Source: the human T2T-CHM13v2.0 reference genome, Homo sapiens
Assembly (NCBI GenBank): GCA_009914755.4
Contig: CP068257.2
Span: 23,040,001-23,104,000 of the forward strand
Reading direction: 5' to 3'
DNA length: 64,000 nt
Shown here: one piece after another, positions 1-14,372 of the stretch
Layout of the letters: every line of letters begins with the position of its first letter
Position numbering within the stretch: the first letter of the stretch is position 1
The notes under the pieces: generated by a model
Seen by the model: the letters and a program-made list of their open reading frames with translations, nothing else
What the model was told of the DNA's origin: nothing
The model's database searches: none
Translations under genes and position numbers: made by a program

Positions 1-177
1 AAACCCCGGATAAACCCGTCAGATCTCGAGACTTATTCACCATCATGAGAATAGCACGGGAAAGACAGGCCCCCATGATTCAATTACCTCCTCCTGGGTC
101 CCTCTCACAACACGTGGCAATTCTGGGAGATAACATTTAAGTTTAGATTTGGGTGGGTACTCAGCCAAACCATATCA
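1..177 (-). mobile_element. THE1/MST-type MaLR solo LTR, 5' portion (runs off window start)
   Basis: Reverse complement of 162-177 is TGATATGGTTTGGCTG, the canonical THE1/MST LTR start, followed by CCCACCCAAATC, GGGAGGTAATTGAATCATGGGGGC and GTGAATAAGTCTC motifs typical of this family. Confidence 0.75.
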
Positions 178-397
178 ACACAATTTGTAGTCTTTTATCC
201 CTCACCCCTCCCACTCTTTCCCTTGAGGAAAAGAAGTTATTATACAAAAAAGATATGTGCGCACGCATGTTTATAGCAGCACAATTCACAATTGTAAAAA
301 CGTGGAACCAACCCAAATGCCTATTAATCAACAAATCAATTAGTGAATAACAAAATTGTGGTGTATATATATCTATATATATAATACATATACATAG

Positions 398-430
<33 letters not shown>

Positions 431-475
431 GAGGATGGAATACTACTCGGCCATAAAAAGGTCTAGAAAATTTTA
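178..475 (+). mobile_element. Old L1 ORF2 C-terminal fragment, interrupted by a microsatellite
   Basis: Translates to KDMCARMFIAAQFTIVKTWNQPKC and, after the microsatellite, MEYYSAIKR. Both are hallmark motifs of the L1 ORF2 C-terminus. Confidence 0.8.
363..430. repeat. (TA)n(CA)n compound microsatellite inside the L1 fragment
   Basis: Direct reading shows tatatatatctatatatata followed by (ca)n. Confidence 0.95.
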
Positions 476-3400
476 AGTTCTGTAAAATGCAGTAGAGAAT
501 AAAACAAGATGGGAAAGCCTCAACTAATTTTGTAAAACTAGTCCAACATTGTTATCAAAATAAGCCAAGAACACTATGACTTAATAAAGTTACAGGTCAT
601 TATCATTTAAGACCATATATGCAAAAATTCCATGTCAGATAAAAATAAGACTAGGTTACAACTAGATTGGAATATTTTATAGAAATAAAATATTAATGCA
701 CTTTTTAAAAATTAGTAAATTAATCTGATAAACAGAATATATAAAGAGCCATATGGTTATCTTAATAAATATCAAATAGTTCTATAAAATCCAATATCTA
801 TCATAATTTTTAAAATATAAACATTTTCAATTTAGTAATAAAAGGTAACAGTCTGAATCTTGTGAAAGGTATCTGTAAAACCAACAGTAAATGTCATACT
901 GATGAAATATTAAGAACCTTTCTGTTACGATCAGATAAAAAATAAAATGCATGCTGTAACCCCTTCTATTCAATATTCTTCTACGATAATTTTGTATTGT
1001 TGTAGTAATATCGAGGAAAGAAAATCTAAATTCCATATGGATAATTAAACAAAGTGTGATTTAGGAACACAAAGTGAGCTCTAATGAAATAAAATAATGT
1101 GTTTAGCACAAAGTCGGAATATTGGCTTTCCTGGGGGAAAGAGAGGAAAAGAGACATGATGATACAAACAGGAATCGAAACAGGAGATTTTAGAAACATG
1201 GTAACATTCTGCTTCTTAAATTGGATGGTGAATGTGCTAGTATGTATTTTATTGTTTCAAACTGGATATAGAAGTTATCTGTACATTTGTATGAATAATA
1301 TATTCCGTAATAAAACTTTTCATTAAACTAGGAGACAAAAATAAGTCTAAGGTTACACAATGTCCAGTTCTGGGCTTTCTTCATCTGAATTGTATTGCCT
1401 ATAAATTATAATATAATTCCAATCATTATTCTCTTGCTCATCACAATATTTCATTCAAAGATAAAACCTTTTTAGATAATCCATCCTTCGATATAGCTAA
1501 ATGCCTGCGCTTATGTATTATGCAGAACCCGACATTTTCAGCCTGATCATAGGAGTTGAACTAACTCATTCCAGGTCAGAATTAGTGAACATTGTGTCTA
1601 TCCCTATAATTACCATTTTTAAAAATCTCATTAGGGTAAATTTTTCAGAAGTTGTGAATACTGCTCTTAGAAACAATAATTTTAATTTAAATTCTGGTAT
1701 GTAGGATGAAGGGGAGTGAACATAAGGTGAAAGAATATGTAAATTGACCCCAGCACTACTTTAAAATTAAGTAAATGTCTTTACTAAAATGCAACAAAAT
1801 CTTAAAGTATCTTAATTGTATTTTTTTTATATTTTGCTAGAAAAATCACTGAGCATTCTGTTGACTAGATCAGTATTTAATTTTTAACCATTTTCCAAAG
1901 TCAAACGTCTGTCTTAAACTTTAAGTACTGAAGTTAACACGATGCTAAAACAATTTTAGAAAAAATAATTTCTGCCTTTAAAAGGTACTTAAGCATGTTC
2001 TTATAATACTCATTATATTCCAATTAATTTATACTCCATGAATCTCAAAGATTGAAATTAAAAAACATATGTCGATCTATATTAGTGAAGACATACTGCC
2101 CTCTTTTGAACAAAGTAAAATTTCAGGGAAAAACGGTTTTTTTACAAAGCAAAATCAGAGTGCATAGAAAAAATAAATGCAGAGATGATGGTAAACAAAG
2201 AAGATTACCTTGCACATTTTATAAAGATTTTAAGAATGCTGAATTTGATTTTACTTTCTCAAACTTTTAGTATGTGTGTTTGTTTACTTTCATGATAATT
2301 CTTAAATGCATTTGAACACAGTTTGCAGTTTAAAGAATATATCTATACATATGGAAACCCTTGTCTTAAAGATATCTAATGATTGTTTTAAGTAATAAAA
2401 ACTCTGATATTCTCTGCAGATTCCACCTGAAGTAATTTATCACCATTTTGTTATTGCTATTATTCACCTCTATGAATGCTTTTTTACTTGACAAGTCTGT
2501 ATCCGTAGTTTAGCAACGAGGCCAGAACAATAAATCTGTCACTGTGTGATACACTCTGGGTACAAGTTTATGAGATTGTCTCCATGTAGATGGCTACCTA
2601 AAATTATTCTAGAATGTCATAACTCTATTAACTTTTTCTCTAATTTTGTAATATTTGGATATTCTCCGTTAAAAGAATAAATGTGGAAATTTTATAATTT
2701 TCATGTTTTTTAAAGAAATGCCAACACTTAGCATGACAAAGGGAGCTAAATCCTCATTCTCTATTCAATATTATTGCTATAGATGTTTTAATACCTGAAT
2801 TTTTGAGTGAAAGTCGATGAACACAGAATGGATATTCCTGTAATAAACAACTTTATTGCAATCACTAGCTTAAATAGTTATAGTACTCACTTAAATTGAT
2901 TTTAAAGATGAATTTAATTATTTCCATTCACTAAGCCCTATTCTGTGATGTGAAAGTATGTTTCTCTGGAAGAGTGAAAAAAACAGTTTTTTTCTGCCCT
3001 TTGATTTTTGCCCTCCCTGGTAATGGAAAGTTAAAAAAGCATATGCCTTTTTGTGGTCAAGTGTGAATGACTTTCTAAGATAGCCAACAACTAAGAAGTT
3101 TCATTGGTAAATAAGAATGAAAATGAGATTTCAATGTACAATGAATCATCACTACTTCTACTGAACGATGGGCACCTTTAGTTCCTGAACAGGATGATCA
3201 AGAGAATCATCAACGGGTTGGGCATTTCAGAAAGAAGATGAAGTGTGTGTTAGTGGAGGAAGCTAGCCAAGAAAGCAACGATCTAATATAATTAGGAAGA
3301 GGCTTTAGAAAAGATGGGAATGGAGACAGTCTGTGCTCAGAATTCAAAGACACAAATAGGAGCTAGGGTACAAATTGGTTATTTATCATGCCCTCTAGAG

Positions 3401-6400
3401 AAGAAGCACAGACTGTACTTAGTGCATATTCCCTCACACTTTACCTGTATCTCCAAGAAAATCAAAACAAAACGAAACTTAAACAATATGATGATGACAA
3501 CAGCAACAACAAACTCTAATATCCGTAATTTAGGGCATGACCTACCCAACAAGATAAAAATAGTTCCTCCTGACAGACTAAAGCCTCCAACTTTACATTA
3601 GACCCCTCACGAAATGACAATCAAAAAGATTCCTAGGTTTAACTGGATATTGTGGACACGAAGGCGAGTATTTTTCTGCAATTCTAAAACCCCTTTTTCA
3701 ATTTTGACTAAGTCCGCAGTATAAGACTCTCTCTTTTTGAAATCCAAACATAAACAGGACCACTAGAACCTGGAGAAATCTCTTCAACAGCCTTCTTTTC
3801 TAGTCATCTCTACAAAAAAAGAAGTTTTTTTTTTTTCTATTTATACATATGTGATCTGGAATCCTTGGAACTTAAACTCAACTTCATGGGAAATGTAAAA
3901 ACATACTTTTAAATTCTAACTCCATCTTTGACCAGATTGCAAAGGTTCATATCCCTTGCTTTAGGGCAAGAGCTGCCACTGCAAAACCTACTGATGCTCT
4001 TACTGACTTAGTCCTAGGCTGCCCATTGACTTCATGGCTCCTTATGCAGTGCGTATATTATTGATACTTCTAACTGAGAAAACACTACACTTTTAAGACA
4101 GTAGATTAATGTCTTCTCAGAATCTCTTATCCTTTCTCTTCCACATCACTATTCCCTGCTATAACACCCAAAATCCTGCCACAGTGGGCCTTACCGGAAG
4201 GGAATTCTCACTATTGTCTTACTCAGGGAAGTTTCTTTATTTTACTCAAATTTATTAAAGATTCCCATTGAGAACCCTGACCTAATATTTTTTGTTGAAG
4301 GATCATGCCTCAAAATTGAAACTGGAAGTTAACCAAAAGGATATGTTATCACTAATAAAAGTTCTCCTTTGTTTTACAGTACTTTACATTAGGTAAAATC
4401 AGCCCAGATGGCAGAAATTATTGCACATACTAGGGACTGTCAACTAGTCAACAGTCATAGACCAAGCCTATATACAAATAACAGATAACCTTCTCAAGCA
4501 GTACTTGGCTTTGTTATGTTTTGGAAACAAAGGATGTTGCTTCTTTTGCTGGAAACTCCATCAGAAATAGGCAAGTTAAGAAACTTTAAAATTCATTTCT
4601 ACTTCTTAGTGAGGAAATTATTACAAAAGTTGAGACCAATGCAACAAATTTCTGACACAAGTAGTAGTGGACAATCTCATTGTTCTCTATTTCTTGATGT
4701 CTAACCATGGTGGCTTCTCAACTATTAATAATATGTCATGCTATTATTTGGAGGTACAGAGATAAAGCATGCAAAGTAGAATAGGCTACACATTTTCTTT
4801 TAAAAAAAGTTACCTGACTGTCTACAACTGATTTTTATCACATTTGGGACTTACTATCTTGGCTTGTATTGGGCAATTGGGGTTCTTGTTCCAAATTATC
4901 TTTGAGGACCTATTGATTATTCTCATTTTTGCCGTAGTGGTCATGATGTTAGCTCATTGCTTTACATCCAGAGTCTTAAATGCTTCTCTGTAGTTTCCCT
5001 CTTATCAGAAAATCACCATCATAATACAATAGCAAAAAGCTGGAGAAGATCTATTGATACAGTTGATTATGGAGACAACTGAATGATCTCAAGCAGTAAA
5101 GACCTGGATCCCTAACCTTTCATTTATTGGTAAATCTCTTACAAATGACAGTAACGAAAAGGGAAACTGAAGGACTGAATATACAATGGGCAATTACGAA
5201 ATACTATAGGGTAATTGATCTCTGACTCACAATTTCTGCAGTAACCAACCCAGGAAGTCAAAGCATATCCTCTTTAGCAGTCAGCACAGAAGGACTAAGA
5301 ACCCGTGACAACAACTGCTATCTTCCCTATTTTTATCCCACTTCCAACTCAGGGACAATCATAGAGAGCCAATTATGCTTTCCAAAGTAATCATATATTT
5401 CAAGTTAGCCCTCTTCAGCTTCTCCAGCCAAAAACCTCCCATCAGAGCATTCCTGAAACTTTCTCCTGTGTTCATTATAGAGCTTTCCCTCTCCTCTCCT
5501 TGCATTTGAGTCTCCACCGAAGGCAAATGATGGCAGCTGAATCCCTTGTTACATGAAGTTATGACTACATGGCTTTTGTGTTTCCTTATTTACGTAGACT
5601 TCATTTATTGCTATATCTGCACCGAATAGCATCTCTTTCTAATCTATTCTTCTCTAAGGATACAATTGTTTTTTTTTTTTAAATAAGTGTCTTATTTTGA
5701 CGGATCACTCTCTTATAATTCCCTTATAATACTCACACATAAGAGAAGTCTTCATCTATGTCCCATTTAGTATTAAGGATTCACAATTCATTATTTGATC
5801 ATCGGTCACAAGAATAGTGGCTGGCTACATTATTTCTGGGGCCCAAGTCCCAACACTCATTAACTGTGTGATCTTAGGTCAGTGACAACTCATCTATCTT
5901 TATTTTATTTACTTATATTTACTCATCTATGCCTTATTGTGTAATGGGAATAATGACTCTATTTTCTTGATTGTCTTGAGATAATTAAATGGATATTCTT
6001 GAGATATTAAATGAGATAATTAAATAAGAAACAGAATTTAACATGATTCTCTAATGCACAAAAAGCATATAAAATATACCTATTAAAATGCTTATAAAAA
6101 GTAGCTATTTTATTGGCTATTATTATCAAGTTTAAATATCTGACAACAGATATCCAACATTATAAGAGGTTTCTCTTACAGCTAAAAGCATTACATTTCA
6201 TCATTTCATGAATCAACTTACTTTTACTGAAAATAATATTATAACATAAACTCGTATAATTCAAATATTTTCCCCTTGAATTAAGTACCTATAGGTAATG
6301 ATCAAGATTTGAAAGTAGAAAAACAAAGTATTAGTTTTCTGTTGTGCTAATTATATAAAATCCCCTTGAAAACCAAATCTAATTTACATATTGTCATTGC

Positions 6401-6688
6401 ATCAGTGACTTTGGTTTCAATACAACAATGGACAACTTATTTTTTTTAATCCACCCTGTCCTCTACTTTCCCCACTTAACTAATCTGTAGAAAAAAATAC
6501 ATATCATAAAGTGCATTGTAATAATACGCATCTCACCTATCTTACCTTCAGTTCTGTGTCTCTGTTCATTTTCATTTTCTGCAGTAACCAAGTACTACTT
6601 AAGAAACTTTGAAACTATGCACACCAAAACTCTTTCAAGAACCAATTTTAGTGTTTACAATAGTTAATAATAACCACAGCTGTACTAA

Positions 6689-6997
<309 letters not shown>

Positions 6998-7587
6998 CAC
7001 AATCTCTTTTTTTAAATAAGTAGAGCAAAAGTATTATTGAAAATCCTCACTAATTTTTAGAACTTACCATAATCTTCAGGGATGTTTGTACATAAATTTT
7101 AAATCACATCGCCATCACAGTTTCTTGACAATTATCAAATGAAAATATAAGAGACCAGAGTATTTCTACCTTAATAAATGTATTTAATTGTGAAACTGGC
7201 AACTACCGTGTAAAGCTTGTTATTTGCTTCACTGCAGAGTAAAGAAGTAGTTATATTAAAGAAAAAATAGTATACACTGAAAGCTTAGTGTATTACAGAA
7301 ATATTTGATGACTGACACCAGCAAAATCCAGGGTGACTCTATCTACACAATAAAAATAGGCACTTGCTTTATATGATCATCCCCAAGAATTTCGGTTCTT
7401 ATTAAGTGATATAAGAGTATGCTTCTTTCTGTTACCTGGAATCAATGGTTATTTCCAATTATCATTATTAGTCTTTTGGATAAAACTGTATATCATAAGT
7501 GCTTTCTCAAAAAAGAATATATTTTACATATGAATATAAAGTTACACTAAATTTAAATTTAATAAGATAACATAAAAGGGCAGATGG

Positions 7588-7907
<320 letters not shown>

Positions 7908-8572
7908 CAGATGGAAGTCAGGAAATTTTACATGCAGAATTTTTTACCTAAAATTTAAAAAATGAATGATGCCAAGGTTTATATCAATTTGAATTATACC
8001 TATTTCCACTCAAATGTATTAAATAAAAGAGAAAGATAAAAAACTTAAGCAAGAGAACACAAACTTTATATTCAGAAAGGTAAACTACAGCTGTCTTTGA
8101 CAGTTTTAACTACAAAATTTTATAATAACCACATTTTCAAAAGATTAGGTGTAATTTTATATAATACATAATTTATTAGTCACAATTTATAGGCTATTAG
8201 AAGTTTGACATGGATAAGTGTACTAAAAGCATTTTGAAGTTGCGAAAATCAAAATATCATGTCCACCTTATATTTTTATCATGGTAATAAGATAATAGGT
8301 TCTTTGGGTAATGGAAAGAAATCATAAGTGTGTAATAGGTTAAAATGAGAAAATGTATACGTTGTGGATGTAAGTAGGAAAGTTATCTTTCCAGTATTAT
8401 TTCTATTCCATAATATCTCAGAAAGCTTTGCCCAGTTATTTGAATTTCTCTTTCATAAAACAGTAAGCTGGATAGTTTTATTGGTTGGTTGTTGATTTTG
8501 TTCTTATATGACTAGTAGAGAATATACTGTACTAAAAAGTTTTGGAGAGAGGCAAGCTCAGTTGGAGGTTGA

Positions 8573-8695
8573 TGTTATAGTGTAGCCTCTATTTCCAATA
8601 ATTCATACAAATATTTATAACAATTGGTGTTATAGTGCAGCCTCTATTTATTTCTAATAATTCATAAAAATATTTATAAGTATTATGTTTTCTTT
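8573..8695. repeat. Local tandem duplication, about 60 bp x 2
   Basis: The unit tgttatagtg[t/c]agcctctattt...aataattcata[c/a]aaatatttataa occurs twice back to back. Confidence 0.6.
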
Positions 8696-9395
8696 CCAAG
8701 CTTGAGGAAATACTTTACTATTTAATTGATTAATTGAATAAAATACAATACATAAACTTCTGTTCAAATCATGAGTTGTATGTTTGTTTAAACGCCAATA
8801 AACCAAATTATCAGCCCACAATAACTCACTAAGTAATAAATTTATTATAACTAATGAATAACTGAAGTTTATTATAATTTTAATTTAACTGATTTCCATT
8901 TGAATCATATAGATTTGTCACTTTTTAATGGGTCCTGCTGTTTTGAATAGAACTCACTATTCTCAAAAAGATAAGTTTATCTGAAAATGTCCATATTTGA
9001 ATCATAGAAAAATGTAATGCTATTTTTGAAGTGTATTTAATTTATCTGTTCATAAGCTTCACTGAGATAAATTGTGAATGGATTAAAAAATATTCCTTTT
9101 ACATTAATTTTTGGGGGATTGTTGAGTGCAATTTTCAAAGTATAAGTAAGGAATTTCTGCAGCTGTTTAGTGTGCTTTTTATGATATCAGAAAAATTGTT
9201 CATCGTAATAAACAAACCCTGTCTTCAGCCCTGTGTCTGAAGTGCTCTTCCCCAATCAACACTAGGGATTGAACAAAATTGAGAAAAGACAAGGAAACAG
9301 GAAAAGGAGACTGTTGCTCAACTGAAGATTTTAGAGGTGTGACCTTCTATAGATGAATTTAGAAACAAATTGCTATGGACTGAACTGAAAATTGT

Positions 9396-9705
9396 TGTCT
9401 TCCCAGAATGCATACATTGAACCCTTAATCCCCAGTGTGGTAAGTTTTGGAGGTGGGGGCCGTTGGAAGGTAACTGGGGGGTCTAACTGGGATCATAGGG
9501 GTGGAGCCCCCATGCTGGGATTAGTGTTTTTATAAGGGATTGAAGAGACCAGAGTGCTCTCTCTTTGTGCCACATGAGGAGGCAAGAAGAAAGCCAGCTG
9601 GACCACCAGATCTGCTAGTACATTGATCTTGTACTTCCCAACCTTCCAACCTTAAAGAAATAAATGTTTGTTGTTTAAACACCCAATAAATGGTCTCTTG
9701 GAAGA
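9396..9705 (+). mobile_element. MaLR LTR, MLT1-type (family name from memory)
   Basis: Its structure parallels the THE1/MST LTR: a cccagtgtgg...ggaggtggggcc...gggattagtg...tataaggga stretch, then ccacatgaggaggcaagaag, then cttgatcttgtacttcc...aaagaaataaatgtttgttgtttaaacaccc at the 3' end. Confidence 0.65.
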
Positions 9706-12517
9706 GCACATCCTAGTGACTATGTCACAAACAAATCAAACATGTAAATCAATATTTTGATTAAAAACAAAAACAAAAATATGAACCCTTATAATTGTCA
9801 CAAGTTCCATCATCACTAAATACATTTAATTTTTTCATCAATAAAAAGAGGATTATTAAATTACTTTAAGACTCTAAGTCATAAACAACATTTAATTCTT
9901 GATAATATAAATCTAGAAAGCAATAGATTTAGTCTAATAATTTAACTACGTTGAAATGCTATGAACTTGGATTAAAATTGAATTTAATAATACAATTTTT
10001 AAGGTAATCTGGAAAAAACTTCCACAGTATTACTTTTTGTAATTTCCTAATTTTTAAGTCATATTAACTCTAATAAAGCTAGATATAGCAGTCTAATGAA
10101 TGTAAATAAAATATAACCCTGTAAATACAAGATATTGTTAACACTTAAAATAACAAATGGTAACAGTGGAATATATAGTTGCCCAGATTCATCATTTAAG
10201 TCAGATTTTAGAAAATTTGAATATCTCAGATTCCTAAAACAAATCTTATACTTGGGATTAGCAGTAGTGATTCTAACGATCCATGCTAAATGAAAACATT
10301 GTATTGTAAATAAAACCATAGAATTTTAGTTGGGATAAAGGAGCTAATATTTGCACAAAATATTATTTCCTACATTAGCAACATTGAAAGAAAAACTGGA
10401 ATTATGTTTTTCTAGACTAGCAGTATTGGTTAACTTTTAACAGCTTAGGTCTTAATGGAATGTCATCAACTTCATTTAGCTGTTTTATTTTGCCGTTGTT
10501 ACTGGAGTCCACTGCTCTTCCTCGATTTGTTCCTGACAATTTTTTTCATGAAAAAGAAACTAAGAAATATGTAAGAATATTTAAGCAAAGCACAGGATGT
10601 ATCTCTTTGCACATGAACCTAATGCTGTAGTAATATAATTTCACTAATGTTTATTTTGATATATCAATCATCTAGAGTTATCTATAATGAATACATTTTA
10701 GGTTTGCAAGACGGTGATGATGAACCATTATGCAACAGTGAGTATCTCACTTTAAAATTTAAAGACACTACCTGGACAAATTTAAAATGCAAATTTCACA
10801 TCCTAGGAATTTAGCTCATGGTTAGCTTTCCTGAAATAATTACTTCCAAAAGTCCTGAATAACTTACTGAAATATTTTTTCCTAGGCAAGCATTATATTC
10901 TCTTTTAATTTCAAGGTATTATTATTTATATATTTTAAAAGCTATTTAATTTACCGAAGTTGAATTACTCACCAGCAAGCTTCTAGAAGGTATTAAATAA
11001 ACGAACGCATCTAAAGCTCTTACTGCAATGACTAGCCAATAATGACCATTCGGTATACATTAGCCATTATTAAAATTACTCATTCACTTGTAATTTAAAA
11101 TATTCTGAAGCCTGACTATAATAGAGCCAATTTTGCCTTCATTTTTTCCTCCACCTTCCTACACGTACTTCTATTGCTACATTCTCAAAATGGCATCATA
11201 ATTCAGAGATTATTTTAAACTCTGAGATATTCATCACTTCTAAAATTGTCAGGTCTTTTTTATCTCCTCTAGGTTAACAGTTAATGAAGATTCTCAGCAG
11301 GGTGTTAAGGTAGCAATTACAGCAGAAGTTTTGAGCTGCCAGAGCTCAGTTGAAAAGCAAATTCTATCTCAATCAAATCCCTATTGAGAAAGTGAAAGCA
11401 AAGGAAAGTGTAGTCTCTACACTGGCATGGTATCTGTAATGAAAAGATTTAATACTGCTGCTCTTATACCCCGGCAACACCTATTCTCAGGAAATTTCAA
11501 ATAAAAGTATCCATTTTTAGATTTCCTACATATTCTGTTCTTGGGATATGATCTACTGTACTTAACATTTGATTAAGATGAGATAGGTACGATTATTCTT
11601 TTTTGTTTTTATTTTTCTAATCACTACAGTAAGTATAGTAGCTGTATACAATTTGAAAACGACTGAAGGTTATAAATAAAGCAGTAAAAACAGGTTGCAT
11701 ATTACATGCTATAGGATGACATACTTATTCCAGCTAAGAGCAAAGTCGTCATAAAATGTATGTTTAGATTTTGCTTGTATCTAAATGTTTGATAATACTC
11801 TTCGGGTCTTACAGATGAACAAGCCAACTTCCATCAGTTAAATAGCTTCCCAAAGATCTGAGTAGCAAAAATACCAAGGTGCAAATTGTACTGATTCTAA
11901 GACTGATTTATACAATGTGAAAATTATTTTTCAAATGGAGAATAATAATAGTAGAATAAACAATAAGAATAAATGATAAAAAGGGACAGCCTTCTACGTA
12001 GATACCCTCTAAAGTAGAATTTACCGTTGCCAGATGTCTCATTCGCAGGCCAAATATTGGACAAGCTTTAGCATATGACTCACTCACTGACTTAACAACA
12101 TTTTAATTACAATTCAAATTGAAGTAGTTTAATTTATAATAAGGTGATGACAACCAGGTAACGTTTTCCTTAATACAAAATGAAAGTTATAAAGACTCTG
12201 GAATAAACTACTTGATTGTCTCCAGACTTGTAACTGGAGCAAAGTATACAATGTAGTTTTATTGATATTTTCATTTACTTTTAAAGAAATTAACACTTAA
12301 AACTTCATTTTTCTCAAATGAAAATAAAAGGCTCTCATGATGTTGAAAGTGTTTCTGTGCTTTAAATATTAAAATGAGAATTACTTACATCAAATTCATA
12401 TCTGAAGAGACTTTGAATAACACGTCTGAAAGGTTTTCATAAATGTTGTAAAATCATGAATCAGAGATGAGGTGCAGCAGGGGCCATTTGGGCAGGCGAA
12501 AGTACTGTAAGTTAAAC

Positions 12518-12818
12518 TTTTTTTTTTTTTTTTTTTGAGACGGAGTCTCACTCTGTCACCCAGGATGTAGTGCAGTGGTGCAATCCTGGCTCCCTGCAAC
12601 CTCTGCCTCCTAGGTTCAAGTGATTCTCCTGCCTCAGCCTCCTGAGTAGCTGGGATTGTAGGCACCTGCCACCACGCCTGACTAATTTTTGTATTTTTAG
12701 TGAAGATGGGGTTTTGCCGTGTTGGCCAGGCTGGCCTTGAACTCCTGACCTCAGGTGATCCACCCACCTGGTCCTCCCAAAGTGCTGGGATTACAGGCGT
12801 GAGCCACTGCAACCAGCC
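12518..12818 (-). mobile_element. Alu (full length)
   Basis: Poly-T is followed by gagacggagtctcactctgtcacccagg and the body runs through gtgctgggattacaggcgtgagccactgcaaccagcc, matching the reverse complement of the Alu consensus. Confidence 0.95.
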
Positions 12819-13149
12819 AACATTTTTCATGAATATATTAATGAACTAAACTGTAAAGTAAAACTTCCATGGTACACAGGTTGGTTTGGAACTCATCCCT
12901 GCTGCTTCTTTTTCCAGATGTTTCTTCAAAATAGTTATATCACTTGTACTTTCAGTTGGTCATTGAAAACTGCTACATTGTGCTGAATACAGGGAATATT
13001 CAGTGCTCATTTATAAATTTTCACTTAGAAAGTATCATTCATATTACATTAGATAAATTTCTAAATATTGAGAAAACTTGGCTGTTGAGATGTAATTCTT
13101 ATCTATTTGTAAAATTGGATTCTTTCCCAGTATTTATTTCCTTATCTAC

Positions 13150-13565
13150 AGGCATGGTCAACAACAACAAAACACAATCAGATTTTTTAAAATGAGCAAA
13201 GGACTTAAATAGACATTTATCCAAAGAAGATACACAAATGATCAATAGACACACGAAAAGATGTTCAATGTTGCTACTTATTAAGGTAATGCAAATCAAA
13301 ATCACAGTGAAAGCAATCTGGTGATTCCTCAAAATATTCATATGATTCAGCAATTCCCCTTATGGTTACATACTCAAAAGAAGTGAAAGCTGGGACTCAA
13401 ACAAACATTTCTATGCACATGTTTATAGCCAGATTATTCTCAATGAGCAAAAGGTCAAAACAATTCAATGGACAAAAGGTAGAAACAACCCAAGTGTCCA
13501 CTGAGGAATGAATGGGTGAACAAAATGTGCTACATATAATACATAAAGGTGAACCAAATGTATTA
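13150..13565 (+). mobile_element. Old L1 (L1M/L1PB-like) ORF2 C-terminal segment, left part
   Basis: Translates to [36 protein letters not shown]... and ...QPKCPLRNEWVNKMCYI, matching the ORF2 C-terminal region. Confidence 0.8.
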
Positions 13566-13575
13566 TTACACATAA

Positions 13576-13997
<422 letters not shown>

Positions 13998-14372
13998 AAC
14001 ATATGTGATTCAGCCTTAAAAACGAAGACAAATTCTGACACACGTGATAACATGGATGAACGTTGATGACATGCCAAGTGAAATAAACCTGTTAGAAAAG
14101 GACAAACAGTGCATGATTCCACTTGTGTGAGGTTCCTTGAATAGTCAAAATCATAGAAACAGATAGAATGGTGGTTGCCAGAAGCTGGGAGAAGAAATAC
14201 GTGGGCTTAGTGTTTGATGGGTACAGAGTTTCAATTGGGGAAAATGAAAAAGTTCTAGAGGCGGATAGCAGTAATGGTTGTACAACGATGTGCCTGTACA
14301 CAATGTCACAGAACTGTACATTTGAACATTAAAATGGGAAATTTAATTTTATGTATATTTTAACACTGCACA
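13998..14372 (+). mobile_element. Continuation of the same old L1: ORF2 end and 3' UTR
   Basis: Contains ggtggttgccagaagctgggag...gggtacagagtttcaattggggaaaatgaaaaagttctagaggcggatagcagtaatggttgtacaacgatgtgcctgtacacaatgtcacagaactgtacatttgaacattaaaatggg, which is the typical L1M/L1PB 3' UTR. Confidence 0.8.

Noticed and set aside
12396-12830. 144-aa ORF, the second-longest in the six-frame track
   Set aside because: It lies entirely within an Alu and its poly-A flank. The translation contains the typical Alu-derived peptide [14 protein letters not shown]...[19 protein letters not shown]. Similar Alu-derived ORFs occur at 7542-7868, 34661-35020 and 32921-33223. They are not genes.
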